From: an uncultured delta proteobacterium
Lineage (GTDB): Bacteria; Myxococcota_A; Polyangia; Palsa-1104
Length of the DNA stretch: 64,000 bases
Direction of reading: 5' to 3'
Assembly (NCBI GenBank): GCA_963785725.1
Contig: CAWAWS010000022.1
Coordinates: 128,001 to 192,000, forward strand
Within the stretch, counting starts at the first letter, position 1. Every line of letters starts with the position of its first letter. Both the position numbers and the translations under genes were made by a program. The notes under the pieces were generated by a model. That model did no database searches, was not told the DNA's origin, and was given only the letters and a program-made list of their open reading frames with translations. Below are positions 9,275 to 18,341 of this stretch, piece after piece.

Positions 9275-11127
9275 GGCTGCGCTCGAAGCTGCTCTTGGCG
9301 CAGCTGCCGCTGGCCATCGCGCTCGTGCTGGTCGGCTACGGATCGCGCCGCACCATCGTCGCGATGGACAGCTCCTCGCAAGATATTCTCAAAGACAACT
9401 ACTTGAGCGTCGTCGCGGCGCAGCACATGCGTGACGCGGCCGATGCGCTCGATCGCGTCGTGGCGGCGCAAGCGACCGGTCACGGCCAGGCCAGCGCGGC
9501 GGACGTGTCGGCGCAGCGCGAGCGCTTCGAGCGGGCGCTGAGCTTCCAAGAGAGCAACATCACCGAGGTCGGCGAGCGCGAGATGACCGAAGGCCTACGC
9601 CGGAACTGGGATCGGTACCGGCTGCGCATCGACGCGCTCTTGCGCGAGCCGGCCGGCGGCGCAGCCGGCCACTATTTCGACGAGGGCGTGCCCGAGCTCA
9701 TCGCCGTGGAGCGGTCGACCAACGACATTCTGGCGGTGAATCAGGACGCGATGGTGCGCAAGAGCCATCACGCCCGACACGATGCCGAGCGCATGAACGG
9801 CGCCATGGCGACGGCGACGATCGCCGCCTGCCTCATCGGCATCTTGGTCTCGACGATCGTGACGACGCGCCTCGTGCGCCCGCTCTCGATCTTGAGCCAG
9901 GCCGCGCGTCGTGTCGGCACCGGCGATCTGGCCGTGCGCGCGCGCGTCGAAGGACACGACGAGGTGGCCGCGCTCGCCAGCGACTTCAACGCCATGGCCA
10001 ACCACCTGGCCGAGTATCGGTCGAGCTCGCTCGGCGAGCTGCTTCATGCGCAGCAGGCCGCGCAAGCGACGATCGAAAGCCTGACCGATCCGGTGGTCGT
10101 GCTGACGCTCGACGGCCATGTGCTCAACGCCAATAGCGCCGCCGGCGACCTCCTCGGCATCAGCGAGGAAGGTCCGACGAACGTGGTGGCCGCGCTCGAG
10201 CCGCCGCTGCGCGAGGCCGTGCAGCGGCTCATCGATCACGTTCGCTCGGGCCGCGGTCGCTATTCGCCGAAGGGGTTGGAAGAGGCGATGCCGCTCGACA
10301 CGCGGCAAGGGCACCACTTCTTGCTCTTGCGCGCCAATCCGGTGCGCGGAGAATCGGACGAGGTCGCGGGACTGGCCGTGGTCATGCAGGATGTCACGCG
10401 ATTGCGCCGCTTCGACGAGCTGAAGAACGATTTGGTGGCGACGGTGGCGCATGAATTTCGCACGCCGCTGACCTCGCTGCGCATGGCGATTCATCTCTGC
10501 GTCGAAGAGGCCGTGGGTCCGCTGACGCCGAAGCAGGCGGACCTCCTATTTGCCGCGCGCGAGGACTGCGAGAGGCTGCAAGGCATCGTCGACGATCTCC
10601 TGGATCTGTCGCGTATTCAGGCCGGACGAATCGAGGTCAATGTGCGCGCCGTGCAGTCGCGCACGCTGCTCGAGTCGACGATCGAGCAGAATCGAGTGCT
10701 CGCGCGCGACAAGGGCGTCAAGCTGACGCTCGGTGCGCCGATGTTCGATCGCGCGGTGCTGGCCGACCCCGACCGGCTCAATCTCGTCCTCACCAACCTC
10801 GTCACCAATGCCATTCGCCACACGCCGGCGGGTGGCGATGTGCTGCTGCGGACGGCGCCGGAAAAGGACGGCCAGGTCCGCTTCGAAGTCAGCGACACCG
10901 GCGAGGGCATGGATCCCAAGTGGTTTCCGATGCTGTTCGACCGCTTCTTCCGCATCCCGGGCTCGAAACCCGGCAGCGGCGTCGGCCTCGGCCTCTACAT
11001 CTGTAAAGAGATCGTCGAAGCACACGGCGGCAACATCGGCGTCGAGAGCGAGCCGGGTCACGGCAGCGTCTTTTGGTTCACGCTGCCGCCCGCGGCGGCC
11101 AGCGAGCCATCGCCTGCGGCCGTTTGA
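9271..11127 (+). CDS. membrane sensor histidine kinase (periplasmic helical domain-HAMP-PAS-HisKA-HATPase)
   Basis: GTGA overlap with kdpD-N; two TMs, HAMP (DEVAALASDFNAM), H-box VAHEFRTPLTS, N-box NLVTNAIRHT, G-boxes DTGEG and GVGLGL. Confidence 0.93.
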   Translation: MRLRSKLLLAQLPLAIALVLVGYGSRRTIVAMDSSSQDILKDNYLSVVAAQHMRDAADALDRVVAAQATGHGQASAADVSAQRERFERALSFQESNITEVGEREMTEGLRRNWDRYRLRIDALLREPAGGAAGHYFDEGVPELIAVERSTNDILAVNQDAMVRKSHHARHDAERMNGAMATATIAACLIGILVSTIVTTRLVRPLSILSQAARRVGTGDLAVRARVEGHDEVAALASDFNAMANHLAEYRSSSLGELLHAQQAAQATIESLTDPVVVLTLDGHVLNANSAAGDLLGISEEGPTNVVAALEPPLREAVQRLIDHVRSGRGRYSPKGLEEAMPLDTRQGHHFLLLRANPVRGESDEVAGLAVVMQDVTRLRRFDELKNDLVATVAHEFRTPLTSLRMAIHLCVEEAVGPLTPKQADLLFAAREDCERLQGIVDDLLDLSRIQAGRIEVNVRAVQSRTLLESTIEQNRVLARDKGVKLTLGAPMFDRAVLADPDRLNLVLTNLVTNAIRHTPAGGDVLLRTAPEKDGQVRFEVSDTGEGMDPKWFPMLFDRFFRIPGSKPGSGVGLGLYICKEIVEAHGGNIGVESEPGHGSVFWFTLPPAAASEPSPAAV

Positions 11128-11148
11128 GCGGCTGACCGAGGATCGCGT

Positions 11149-11496
11149 TTAGTGCAGCGGCACGCGCTCGCGGCCGAAGAGGATGATACAGGCGGCGAGC
11201 AGCCGCACCGTGCAGCCGTCCCGATCGGCGGAATCGAACGCACGCGCCAGCGAGCGCGGATCCTCGTCACGGAACAGCGACGACCCGAGCCGCTCGAAGC
11301 GATGCGCCAGCAGACTGCGGCAGCGAGGGCAATGGTCGGCGCTGGCGTAGAGGCTGCGTGCCAGCGGCGCGGCTTCGTCGAAGGTGGCCGATTCGAAGTA
11401 TTTCAGAGCGGGAGCGGCAGACCGGAGCGACGCTGGCTGCTCTTCGATCAGCGGATGTCCGAGGCGGGCGGTAGCGAGCGCGTGCATTGAGCCCAT
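11149..11496 (-). CDS. hypothetical ~115-aa protein with CPRC motif
   Basis: RBS GGAG upstream of ATG 11496, preceded by a sigma54-type box; MGSMHALATARLGHPL…DHCPRC…GCTVRLLAAC. Confidence 0.5.
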   Translation of the reverse strand: MGSMHALATARLGHPLIEEQPASLRSAAPALKYFESATFDEAAPLARSLYASADHCPRCRSLLAHRFERLGSSLFRDEDPRSLARAFDSADRDGCTVRLLAACIILFGRERVPLH

Positions 11497-11535
11497 TCCA
11501 GATCTCCAGGGCGAAAGCCCTCTGGGCGCTGCTAA

Positions 11536-11619
11536 TGCGTCGTGCATGCCAAGTTCGAAGTGGGCGTTCCGCCGCGACATAGGGGCCGTGAGTGACGACC
11601 GCGGGCTGCAGGTTGCAGT
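11536..11619 (-). promoter_or_regulatory. sigma54-type promoter (minus strand) with upstream heptad repeat
   Basis: Minus strand TTGGCATGCACGACGCA (GG 11550-49, GC 11538-37); TGCAACCTGCAG on the minus strand near 11606-11617. Confidence 0.55.
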
Positions 11620-11724
11620 CTCGCCCCGGTCATCGCCTTGCAAATCCACGAGGACGCGCCGCAGCCGGCCGCCGCCACAATCGGGCGCTGCGCGCGCTCG
11701 GTCGAGGATGCCGTCGCGCGGCGC

Positions 11725-11882
11725 CTTGCAACTCGCCGGCTCGGCGCTGCGTGCAGCTTGCGATCTGCATGGCGTCCTGTTTCGCCGCGATTTCCAAAAC
11801 CTTTCGGCCAACTTCTCACTGACGCATCCATCCGAATTCTTTCTTGGAGCGAGCTGCCTGCAGCCCTGGCATGCGTCGTGCG
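11725..11882 (+). promoter_or_regulatory. sigma54-type promoter of porin 2 with upstream heptad repeats
   Basis: TGGCATGCGTCGTGC, GG(11868-69)-N10-GC(11880-81); upstream TGCAGCTTGCGATCTGCAT (11752-70) and TTGCAAC (11726-32). Confidence 0.6.
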
Positions 11883-11906
11883 AAGCGGGCGGCCTGCGAG
11901 GTGTCT

Positions 11907-13472
11907 ATGCCCAGGCCGTGGATCCTGTTTCTCGTCGTCGTTGCTGCTCCGCTCGCCGCGTTCGGACAACAAACGGATTCGCAATCGGCGACACCGCCGC
12001 CCGCGGACTCGGGTCTCGAGCTGCGCGTCCGCGAGCTCGAGCGCGAGCTGCAGCTGCTCAAGGCGCCGCCCGCCCAGCCGTCGGCGGTCCCGCCCGCGTC
12101 GGAAAAGGGAGCGCCGCCGCCGGCCGAGCCCGAGACGACGCCGGCGGGTGAGCCGTTCGCGTGGGGCGACTTTACGTGGCTCAACGGCACCTCGCGGCAG
12201 ACGTCGCGACTGCTCGACACGAAGTACTTCACGCCGCAGCTCGACGTCGACGTCAACTACACCTATTCGTTCAATCACCCCATCGACGACACGGTCGTGG
12301 GCTCGACGGCGCTGGCGCGCAACAACGAGCTCGAGCTGTCGTTCCTCGGTCTCGGCGGCGACGTGCACGTCGGCAACGTGCGCGCGCGACTGATGCTGCA
12401 ATACGGAACGCGAACGACGGTCGTGCCGCGCAATGACGGCTCGGCGCTGCGCGGCCAGTTCGATCTCGACGACGTCTATCGTTACGTCAGCGAGGCTTAT
12501 GCCGGCTATCACTTCAACTGGCTGCACGGCGTCAATGTCGACGTCGGTGTCTTCATGTCTTATGTCGGCCTATTCAGTTACGACAACTTCGAGAACTGGG
12601 CTTATCAGCCGTCTTATACCTCCGACAATACGCCGTGGTTCTTCAATGGCGCGCGCATCCAACTATTCCCGACCGATCGCCTCAAAGTCGAGATTTGGAT
12701 CATCAATGGCTGGCAGAGCTACGGCAAATTCAACGAGCTGCCGGGCATCGGCTACCAGATTCGTTATGCGCCGCAAGAGTGGATGAACGTCGTCTTCAAT
12801 GGCTATGTCGGCACCGACACGCAAGACCATCCGGGACGCGTGCGCTTCCATTCCGACAATAGTTATCTATTGCGCTATTACAATCATCCGCTGTCGCGCG
12901 GGCTCAGTCGCGGCGCGTTTTCCGTCACCTTCGATTTGGGCTTCGAGCAAGGCGACGGCGTCGCCGCATTTCATGGCGCGACCAAGAAGACGAATAACGG
13001 ACCCGATCTAACCTGTACGAACGCCAATCCGTGCGAGCAGGACTTCGTGAGCGGCATGGCCTACAACCGACTGTGGTTCTTCCACAACGTCTTCGGCTGG
13101 ACCGTCGGCGGCGGCTTCATTCACAACCCCGGCCGCTATCTGGTGCTGGCGCCGACGGGCTACGCCGCGCCCGGCAGCGGACCGGGCGCGTTCGACATGA
13201 ACCCCGGCACCTACTTCGACGCCTGGGATCTCTCGACGACGTTCGACTGGATGCCGACCGAGAGCATCACCTTCCGCGCCGAGTTCGTGCACCGCCAGGC
13301 CGACGTCCCCTACTTCAACGGCCGCGGCGGCGTCACCGGTCCCGACGGCTACAAATGCGGCGGCCTGGCGTCGGCCGACAGCGCCATCACCAGCTGCGCG
13401 CCGCCGGGCTGGACGCCGAACCTCGTCAATCAAGAGTCGCGCGTCATTGGCGCCGTCATCTTCCGCCTCTAA
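11907..13472 (+). CDS. outer-membrane beta-barrel (putative porin), copy 2
   Basis: Long identical blocks with 1229-2803 (EPFAWGDFTWLNG, LDTKYFTPQ, GTDTQDHPGRVRFHSDNS, CTNANPC, GGVTGPDGYKCGG); ends FRL. Confidence 0.85.
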   Translation: MPRPWILFLVVVAAPLAAFGQQTDSQSATPPPADSGLELRVRELERELQLLKAPPAQPSAVPPASEKGAPPPAEPETTPAGEPFAWGDFTWLNGTSRQTSRLLDTKYFTPQLDVDVNYTYSFNHPIDDTVVGSTALARNNELELSFLGLGGDVHVGNVRARLMLQYGTRTTVVPRNDGSALRGQFDLDDVYRYVSEAYAGYHFNWLHGVNVDVGVFMSYVGLFSYDNFENWAYQPSYTSDNTPWFFNGARIQLFPTDRLKVEIWIINGWQSYGKFNELPGIGYQIRYAPQEWMNVVFNGYVGTDTQDHPGRVRFHSDNSYLLRYYNHPLSRGLSRGAFSVTFDLGFEQGDGVAAFHGATKKTNNGPDLTCTNANPCEQDFVSGMAYNRLWFFHNVFGWTVGGGFIHNPGRYLVLAPTGYAAPGSGPGAFDMNPGTYFDAWDLSTTFDWMPTESITFRAEFVHRQADVPYFNGRGGVTGPDGYKCGGLASADSAITSCAPPGWTPNLVNQESRVIGAVIFRL

Positions 13473-13483
13473 AGGAGTCGACT

Positions 13484-13738
13484 ATGTTTAGAATCGCAAG
13501 CATTGGCTTCGTGCTTCTCGGGTTGCTCGCGGCGGGCTGCGGCGCGCCCGGCCTCGGCGAGCGCTGCAATCCGCTCTTGTTCCAGGTCAGCGACCAGTGC
13601 GCGAAAGGCCTCTCGTGCACTTACCCGGCCCATTGCGGCGTCGCATACTGCTGCCCGACATCGGGCGCGACGTCGGAGCCGAGCTGCCAGGCGTGCCCGA
13701 GTGACGCGGGCGCGAGCGATGGCGGCACGTCCGACTGA
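13484..13738 (+). CDS. small Cys-rich lipoprotein, copy 2
   Basis: RBS AAGGAG overlapping the porin stop; MFRIASIGFVLLGLLAAGC lipobox; same 8-Cys pattern (RCNP…VAYCCP…CQACP) as 2837-3091. Confidence 0.85.
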   Translation: MFRIASIGFVLLGLLAAGCGAPGLGERCNPLLFQVSDQCAKGLSCTYPAHCGVAYCCPTSGATSEPSCQACPSDAGASDGGTSD

Positions 13739-13789
13739 TACGCCCGATCAAATGCGCTCGCTCGCACGCTGGAGCTGTGGCTCGAGAGC

Positions 13790-13922
13790 GAGCATGACGA
13801 TCCGACGGAAAGCGGCGCAGGTAGTCGTTGGCGCCGGTTATGGCCTTGCGGTCGCCGCGGATCGAGTACGCCTCGATGGCCAGCGCCAGGCCCGCTTCGA
13901 TCAACGCGCCGTCGGGATAGCC
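13790..13922 (-). pseudogene. TPR-like C-terminal fragment
   Basis: GYPDGALIEAGLALAIEAY…ANDYLRRFPSDRH resembles the YPxG…YLRRFP helical tail of myxobacterial anti-sigma-type proteins; no start or upstream body. Confidence 0.35.
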
Positions 13923-13947
13923 GGTGATGCCGCACTTTGCCTAGCGC

Positions 13948-14550
13948 TCAGCGCGGACCGCTGACCTCGCCGCGCACCTGGCGTAGGAAGGCGTCGCGCT
14001 CCTCGCGCATCGACACGCGCGCACCGAGGATGTATTGGCGCATGCTGGGCGCGGCGTGGAACGTGATCGCGTATGACGAGATGCGCATGAGGAAGCGGCG
14101 CACGTCGAAGGTGGCCAGCGTGCCCGCCTCCTGCGCCGCGCGGAAGTAGGTCGTCGCCAGCTTGACGACCCGCAGCGCGTGCTCGCGCACCACCGCGGCC
14201 ACCGCTTCGTCGGGCTCGAACGCCTCGCGCATGAGCGCGCCGGCATACTCCGGGTGCTCGGCGAAGAAGTCCCACAAGAGCGCCGCACACTGCACGATGA
14301 GATCGGTCGCCGGAAGCTCCGAGCTGGCCTGAATCGTCGGGGTCATGCGCGTGGCAATGATCTCCATGATGTACGCCAGCATGGCGCGCGTAAGCTCGTC
14401 TTTGCCCTCGGGGAAGTAGTGGAAGATGCTGGCGGCCTTGATGTCGGCGCGCTGAGCCACGCCGCGCAGCGACGCGCCTTTGAAGCCGTGGCGAGCGACC
14501 TCGATGGCGGTCGCTCGCAAGATACGATCTCTGGTGGCGTCCGAACCCAT
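13948..14550 (-). CDS. TetR/AcrR family regulator
   Basis: TRDRILRATAIEVARHGFKGASLRGVAQRADIKAASIFHYFPEGKDEL N-terminal HTH. Confidence 0.92.
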   Translation of the reverse strand: MGSDATRDRILRATAIEVARHGFKGASLRGVAQRADIKAASIFHYFPEGKDELTRAMLAYIMEIIATRMTPTIQASSELPATDLIVQCAALLWDFFAEHPEYAGALMREAFEPDEAVAAVVREHALRVVKLATTYFRAAQEAGTLATFDVRRFLMRISSYAITFHAAPSMRQYILGARVSMREERDAFLRQVRGEVSGPR

Positions 14551-14611
14551 CGTAGGTGTCGCTCTTAACACGCGATTCCGCCGACCGTCCAGGACGGCGC
14601 GGTGGTGTCGC

Positions 14612-14655
14612 TTGACAGCGGAAGGGCGAGCTGCCAATACCTAACAAGTGTTAGG
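14612..14655. promoter_or_regulatory. TetR operator palindrome downstream of a TTGACA box
   Basis: CCTAACA-AG-TGTTAGG perfect inverted repeat at 14640-14655; TTGACA at 14612-17. Confidence 0.7.
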
Positions 14656-14699
14656 CTGATCCGAACCGACAGTTGGGCGAGCGTGCCAGGAGGCCATCC

Positions 14700-15893
14700 A
14701 TGCGAGTTCGCGACGTCGAGACCAAGGTGTTCTTCGCCAAGTACATTGCGCGGCTGTTCGTCCACAACGTCCTCAAGGACTCGCAGATCTTCCTGCCCAA
14801 GGCCGACTACGAGCGGCGCTACGGCAAGTTCCCGCGCTATTTCTCGGGCTGGTACCTGTTCGTACCGGGCAAGGATCTGGCGCCGGGCGAGGTGGTGCAC
14901 AAGAAGCTCAACGGGCTCGACCTCGTCGCCTATCGCGGCAAGGACGGCAAAGCGATCATCCACTCGAACCGCTGCCCGCACATGGACGGCGTGTTCGCGC
15001 CCATGGCCAAGGTCGAGGACGGGCGCATCGTCTGCCAGTATCACGGCTACGGCTACGAGGCGGGCGTGCCCAAGAGCGGCCCGCGCGAGTTCCGCAACGA
15101 TCCGACCAAGTGCATCCCCTGCCATCCCGTGCGCGAGGTCAACGACCTGGTCATGTTCTGGTACGACGCGCAGAGCCCGACCGGCGTCGGGACGCCGACG
15201 TGGGAGCTCGAGCTGCCCGACGTGAGCCACTTGCCGCGGCGCACCTTCGCGCGCTCGATCGCGCCGACGCACATGGCGCCGCTGCACGAGAACATCGTCG
15301 ACGATCAGCACTTCATCAAGCTGCACGGCGTGAAGCACTACGAGGCGGAGCTGACCGCCTACTACGACAAGCACCGCTTCTCGACGCGGACGACGATGCG
15401 TCTGCCGGCGCCCAAGGTCGGCCCCTTCACGGTCTCCGGCCTCGACGGCGACTTCATGGACATTCGCATGGACAGCGACTTCCACGGCCTCGGCATCCAC
15501 ATCAACCACGTGCGCGTCGGCAACTTCGAGGCGAAGCTCATCCACTGCACCACGCCCATCGAGGACGAGATCACCGAGTGGACGGTGGCGGTGTACGTCG
15601 AGCCGCGGCAGTGGAAGCTCAAGCTCGACCCGCGGACCTTCATGAACTTCGTCTACCCGTGGGCGGCGCTGGCGCAGACGTACTATCTGCACACGCAGGA
15701 CCGGCGCGTCTTCTTCGAGACCGGCGAGTATCGCTTCTACGAGGACGTGCCCAAGGGGTTCGAGAAGGTCAACGCGTTCCGTCGCTGGATTCAGACGGAG
15801 CTGCTGGGCGAGGCGCGCGAGCTGGGGCCCAACTGCATTCCAACGGCGTTCGTGCCCGTCGACCGGGTGGCGACGGTGGCGCGGGCGGGCTGA
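14700..15893 (+). CDS. Rieske non-heme iron oxygenase (KshA/sterol-desaturase-like)
   Basis: Rieske CPH…CQYHG; mononuclear-iron motif ENIVDDQHFIKLH; late QD motif. Confidence 0.85.
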   Translation: MRVRDVETKVFFAKYIARLFVHNVLKDSQIFLPKADYERRYGKFPRYFSGWYLFVPGKDLAPGEVVHKKLNGLDLVAYRGKDGKAIIHSNRCPHMDGVFAPMAKVEDGRIVCQYHGYGYEAGVPKSGPREFRNDPTKCIPCHPVREVNDLVMFWYDAQSPTGVGTPTWELELPDVSHLPRRTFARSIAPTHMAPLHENIVDDQHFIKLHGVKHYEAELTAYYDKHRFSTRTTMRLPAPKVGPFTVSGLDGDFMDIRMDSDFHGLGIHINHVRVGNFEAKLIHCTTPIEDEITEWTVAVYVEPRQWKLKLDPRTFMNFVYPWAALAQTYYLHTQDRRVFFETGEYRFYEDVPKGFEKVNAFRRWIQTELLGEARELGPNCIPTAFVPVDRVATVARAG

Positions 15894-15995
15894 TGGCCGT
15901 CGGGCGACGCGGCTCGACACGTTCCGCTTCATGACTTGACAACGGACGCTGCGACACGCTCTAGTGCGCAGGCTTACGCTGACAATTGAAGAGTA

Positions 15996-16193
15996 GTCGC
16001 AGGTGAACGACGTCGCCTCTGACGCCGTTTGAAAAGGGAAGCCGGTGCGAAACCGGCGCGGTCCCGCCACTGTAAGTGGAGAGTCGATTCCAGTAGCGCC
16101 ACTGATCCTCGCGGATTGGGAAGGTTGGAAACGACGCCCTCTCGAAGAAGAGCTGCTTCGAGACATCCACGAGCCAGGAGACCTGCCTGCGAC
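15996..16193 (+). ncRNA. cobalamin riboswitch
   Basis: AAAAGGGAAGCCGGTGCGAAACCGGCGCGGTCCCGCCACTGT, GCCACTG…GGGAAG and B12 box GAGCCAGGAGACCTGCC, closed by GTCGCAGG/CCTGCGAC. Confidence 0.95.
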
Positions 16194-16247
16194 CTTTGGA
16201 CAACCTTCTCGGGTCATAGAAGGGTCGTCGTCGCAGTCCGCGCCGCC

Positions 16248-16274
16248 GTTCCCTTCCGCTCGAGCGAAGGGGAC
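16248..16274 (+). promoter_or_regulatory. RBS-sequestering hairpin (riboswitch expression platform)
   Basis: GTTCCCTTCCGC-TCGA-GCGAAGGGGAC pairs over the AAGGGG RBS just before ATG 16277. Confidence 0.6.
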
Positions 16275-16276
16275 GT

Positions 16277-18341
16277 ATGGTGTTCCAGCAGTACCGCTCG
16301 AGCGCGCGGATCGCTCGGTCGGCCTCGACAATCCTCGCATCGCTTGCTTGCCTCTTTGGGGCGGCGAGCGCGCGTGCGCAAGAGCAGCCACGCTATGCGT
16401 CGACGGTACGCGCGCGTACCAACGACGCGCCGGTCGAGGATTCGGCGGCCGACGCCTCGGTCATCACCGACGATCGCACGCCGCGCACGGGCGAGAGCGT
16501 GCCGCAGCTGCTCGCGGAGTTGCCCGGCGTCACCATCAATCGCACCGGCGGCATCGGCTCGTTGGCCATGGTCTCCTTGCGCGGCTCGACGTGGGATCAA
16601 GTCGGCGTCTACATCGACGGCATCCCGCTCAACAGCGCGCAAGGCGGCGGCGTCGACCTGTCGACGTTGCCGCTCGGCGACATCGAGCGCATCGAGGTGT
16701 ACCGCGGCTCGAGCCCCATCGGCTTCGGCTCGTCGGCGCTCGGCGGCATCATCTCGATCACGACGCGCGCGCCCAAGACGTCGCGCATCGACGCCGAAGT
16801 CGGCGCCGGCTCGTTCGACACGTACAGCGCCGGCGTCAGCGGCTCGTGGGTCAGCCGCATCTTGCGCGTCTACGTCGGCGCGCACTACCTGTCGACGGCC
16901 GGCGACTTCATCTACACGACCGACAACGGCACCGCGTTCGACACCAGCCACGACCACGAGGTGCGCCGCCAGAACAACGCGGTCCAGCAGGCCGACGGCA
17001 CCGCGCGCGCCATCTTGACGATCGATCGCGGCCGCGAATTGTCGCTGTCGGCGCTCGTCTTCTTCCGCGATCAAGGGCTGCCCGGCTATTCGAGCGTGCG
17101 GCAGACCGACGACACGACGCTCGCGTCGCTGCGCACGATCGCCTCGGTCGCTTACGACTCGCGCCGCGACCTCGGACCGGGCGGCCATCTGCGCGCGCAG
17201 CTCTATTACACCTTCGAGCAGCAGCGCTACGACGATCCCAAAGGCGAGATCTCGATCTCGCCGGCCAGTACGCGCGACGTCACGCAGACGCTCGGGCTCA
17301 ATCTGCGGCTGTCGCGGCCGTTGGCGTCGTGGCTGCGCGGCGCGGCCGTCGTCGAAGGGCGTTATCAGCAGCTCGCGCCTTATGACGCCGACCAAAAGCC
17401 GTCGATCGGCGATCCGGCCGCGCGCGCGTTCGCGGCCGCCGGTGTCGAGGCCGATGCCTTGTGGCAACGCTTACGGCTGCACGTCATTCCGTCGCTGCGC
17501 GTGGAAGTGGCGCACGACAATCGCACCGGTCGCAACAGCTCGGCGCAGCTCGTCGACGAAGGCACGCCCATCACCAACGTCGCGCCGGCCGCGCGCTTGG
17601 CGCTCGTCGAGCACATCATCCCCGCGCTGGCCGTGCGCGCCAACGCCGGCCGCTACAGCCGCTTGCCGTCGCTGAACGAGCTCTACGGCGACAGCGGCTT
17701 CGTCCTCGGCAATCCCGCGCTCGTCCCCGAGTCGGGCTGGAACGGCGACGTCGGCGTCAATTGGCGCCTTGTGCGCGAGCAGCTTTCGATCGTCTACGAC
17801 GCGGCATTTTTCGGCTCGCGCGTCGACGATCTGATCCAGTTTCAGCAGGACGCCTACGGTCGCGCGCACGCCCTCAACATCGGCCGCGCGCGCATCCTCG
17901 GCTTCGAGACCTCGCTCGACACGCGCCTCAGCCGCTACGGCCGCCTCGTCGCCGACTTCACCTACAACGACGCGCGCGACATCAGCGACACCGCGCTCGG
18001 CCGCCGCGAAAAGCAGCTGCCCAATCGCCCCAAGTCGCACTTCTACGCGCGTCCCGAAGCTCCGCTGGCCCATCCGTCGCGACTTGACCGTCGGCGCCTA
18101 CGTCGACCTCGACATCACCGACGGCAACTACCTCGATCCGGCGAACCTCGTGAAGCTGCCGGCGCGCTACATCTTCGGCGCCGGGCTGTTCGCCGCGGCG
18201 CAGCAGGCGCACCTCATGATCATCGCCAGCGCGCAGAACCTCGGCGACGCGCGCAGCTTCGACTTCGCCGGCTTTCCGCTTCCGAGCCGCTCGTTCTTCG
18301 TTTCCGCACGATTGACTACGCAAAAGGAGAATCTCCAATGA
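16277..18341 (+). CDS. btuB: TonB-dependent receptor, BtuB-like (apparent +1 indel at ~18058)
   Basis: Plug motifs (LPGV…SLRGS…VYIDGIPLN…IERIEVYRG…ALGGIISI), barrel GNPALVPE; C-terminus (NLGD…FPLPSRSFF) lies in the +1 frame (track ORF 18084-18341); downstream of a B12 riboswitch. Confidence 0.88.
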
